IMG/VR virus record: IMGVR_UViG_3300032257_000072
Location: 1-35,220 of that record
Length of the DNA: 35,220 nucleotides
Reading direction: 5' to 3' (one strand)
From: a virus
Taxonomy: Duplodnaviria > Caudoviricetes
Of the stretch, positions 34,556-35,220 are shown in pieces. The position numbers were made by a program, and so were the translations under genes. Below the pieces are notes generated by a model that did not search any database, was not told the DNA's origin, and saw only the letters and a list, made by a program, of their open reading frames with translations. Positions within the stretch are counted from its first letter, which is position 1, and each line of letters starts with the position of its first letter.

Positions 34556-34771
34556 TTATTCATTGGGTTTGTCCGTTGGTGGTTCGATAGATATATTGTA
34601 ATCACCTATCATTGCGAGTCTTGATTGTAAGATGGCTACTTGTGAACGAGATAAACCATCTATGCAATGACAAGGGCCATTTGTACCCATGCCTTTTTTC
34701 TTGCCAGTAATAACACAGCTATGATTTGAACAGCCCTCCATGCCTCTGAATAAATAGTCTCTTAATCTCAT
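34556..34771 (-). CDS. Cys-rich hypothetical protein
   Basis: GCSNHSC...GMGTNGPCHC; ATG 34771 overlaps the upstream stop. Confidence 0.65.
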   Translation of the reverse strand: MRLRDYLFRGMEGCSNHSCVITGKKKGMGTNGPCHCIDGLSRSQVAILQSRLAMIGDYNISIEPPTDKPNE

Positions 34772-34899
34772 ACCCCGCCCCCAATAACCCATAAATAATA
34801 CGGCTGAAATATCTTAAATAAGAACCAACAAAAACCTAGTGCCAGGATAGCAGCTATATAGGGGACTGATTTACAGTAAACTTTACAGTACAGTTTCAT
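34768..34899 (-). CDS. Small membrane protein (43 aa)
   Basis: MKLYCKVYCKSVPYIAAILALGFCWFLF...; 3' part of ORF-track 34768..35064. Confidence 0.5.
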   Translation of the reverse strand: MKLYCKVYCKSVPYIAAILALGFCWFLFKIFQPYYLWVIGGGV

Positions 34900-35101
34900 T
34901 AAAAATACTCCATCCATTGTCCCAGCTTTCATCACTACGGAACTTCCAAAACTCTGCATCATTACAAATACAGCCGTCTTCAAACCTGTAAGTGCTTGCT
35001 CTACCGTCGACTGATTCAATCCATTCTTCACTAGTAAACCAACGATGTGTAAGTTTTTTGCCATGCTGTAATGCTTTTAATGCTTCTGCTTTATCCATCA
35101 C
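34883..35101 (-). CDS. Small protein with Tad2/DUF2829-like N-terminus
   Basis: AEALKALQHGKKLTHRWF...WDNGWSIF. Confidence 0.55.
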   Translation of the reverse strand: MMDKAEALKALQHGKKLTHRWFTSEEWIESVDGRASTYRFEDGCICNDAEFWKFRSDESWDNGWSIFNETVL

Positions 35102-35143
35102 TTATCCTTTGCTATTGCTGTTAAACAGTCTCTAATGGCTTGT

Positions 35144-35220
35144 ATTGGGTCTTTATCTTTTGATGTATATCTTTTCTTAACATTTACTGGGTAATAATGG
35201 CCTGTAAATTCCCCACACAT
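35144..35220. repeat. Terminal direct repeat, copy 2
   Basis: Identical to 1-77. Confidence 0.97.

Overview
The window is a complete, circularly assembled temperate phage genome of 35,143 bp unique length. Positions 1-77 repeat exactly at 35144-35220, and one ORF reads through that junction. It has lambdoid early genes and P22-like podovirus late genes. The leftward early operon carries an ERF-type annealase, a YqaJ-like exonuclease, many small genes and an AlpA-like excisionase. The immunity switch has a short XRE repressor, cro and four 16-bp operators. Rightward come cII-like, initiator and DnaB genes, a nin-like region, a Q-like gene and a late promoter. The late operon runs fibre-like gene, adaptor, terminase, portal, scaffold, capsid, tail adaptor/nozzle, three ejection proteins, tail fibre and lysis cassette. 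A small moron follows, then an intact attP (core matches a tRNA-Asn-like 3' end) and a tyrosine integrase. The least explained signals are: (1) five same-strand GUC-GNGA(U)-GAC hairpins in the leaders of four late genes; (2) a membrane-targeted leader ORF ending in RPPPPTPPPA, followed by an RNA structure that hides the next gene's Shine-Dalgarno, which is an arrest-peptide-like layout; (3) twin covarying hairpins before the scaffold gene; (4) a baseplate-J-like segment inside a podovirus protein; (5) shuffled gene cassettes and two candidate nucleotide-sponge anti-defence genes. All protein assignments come from motif recognition by eye and synteny; no database searches were run.
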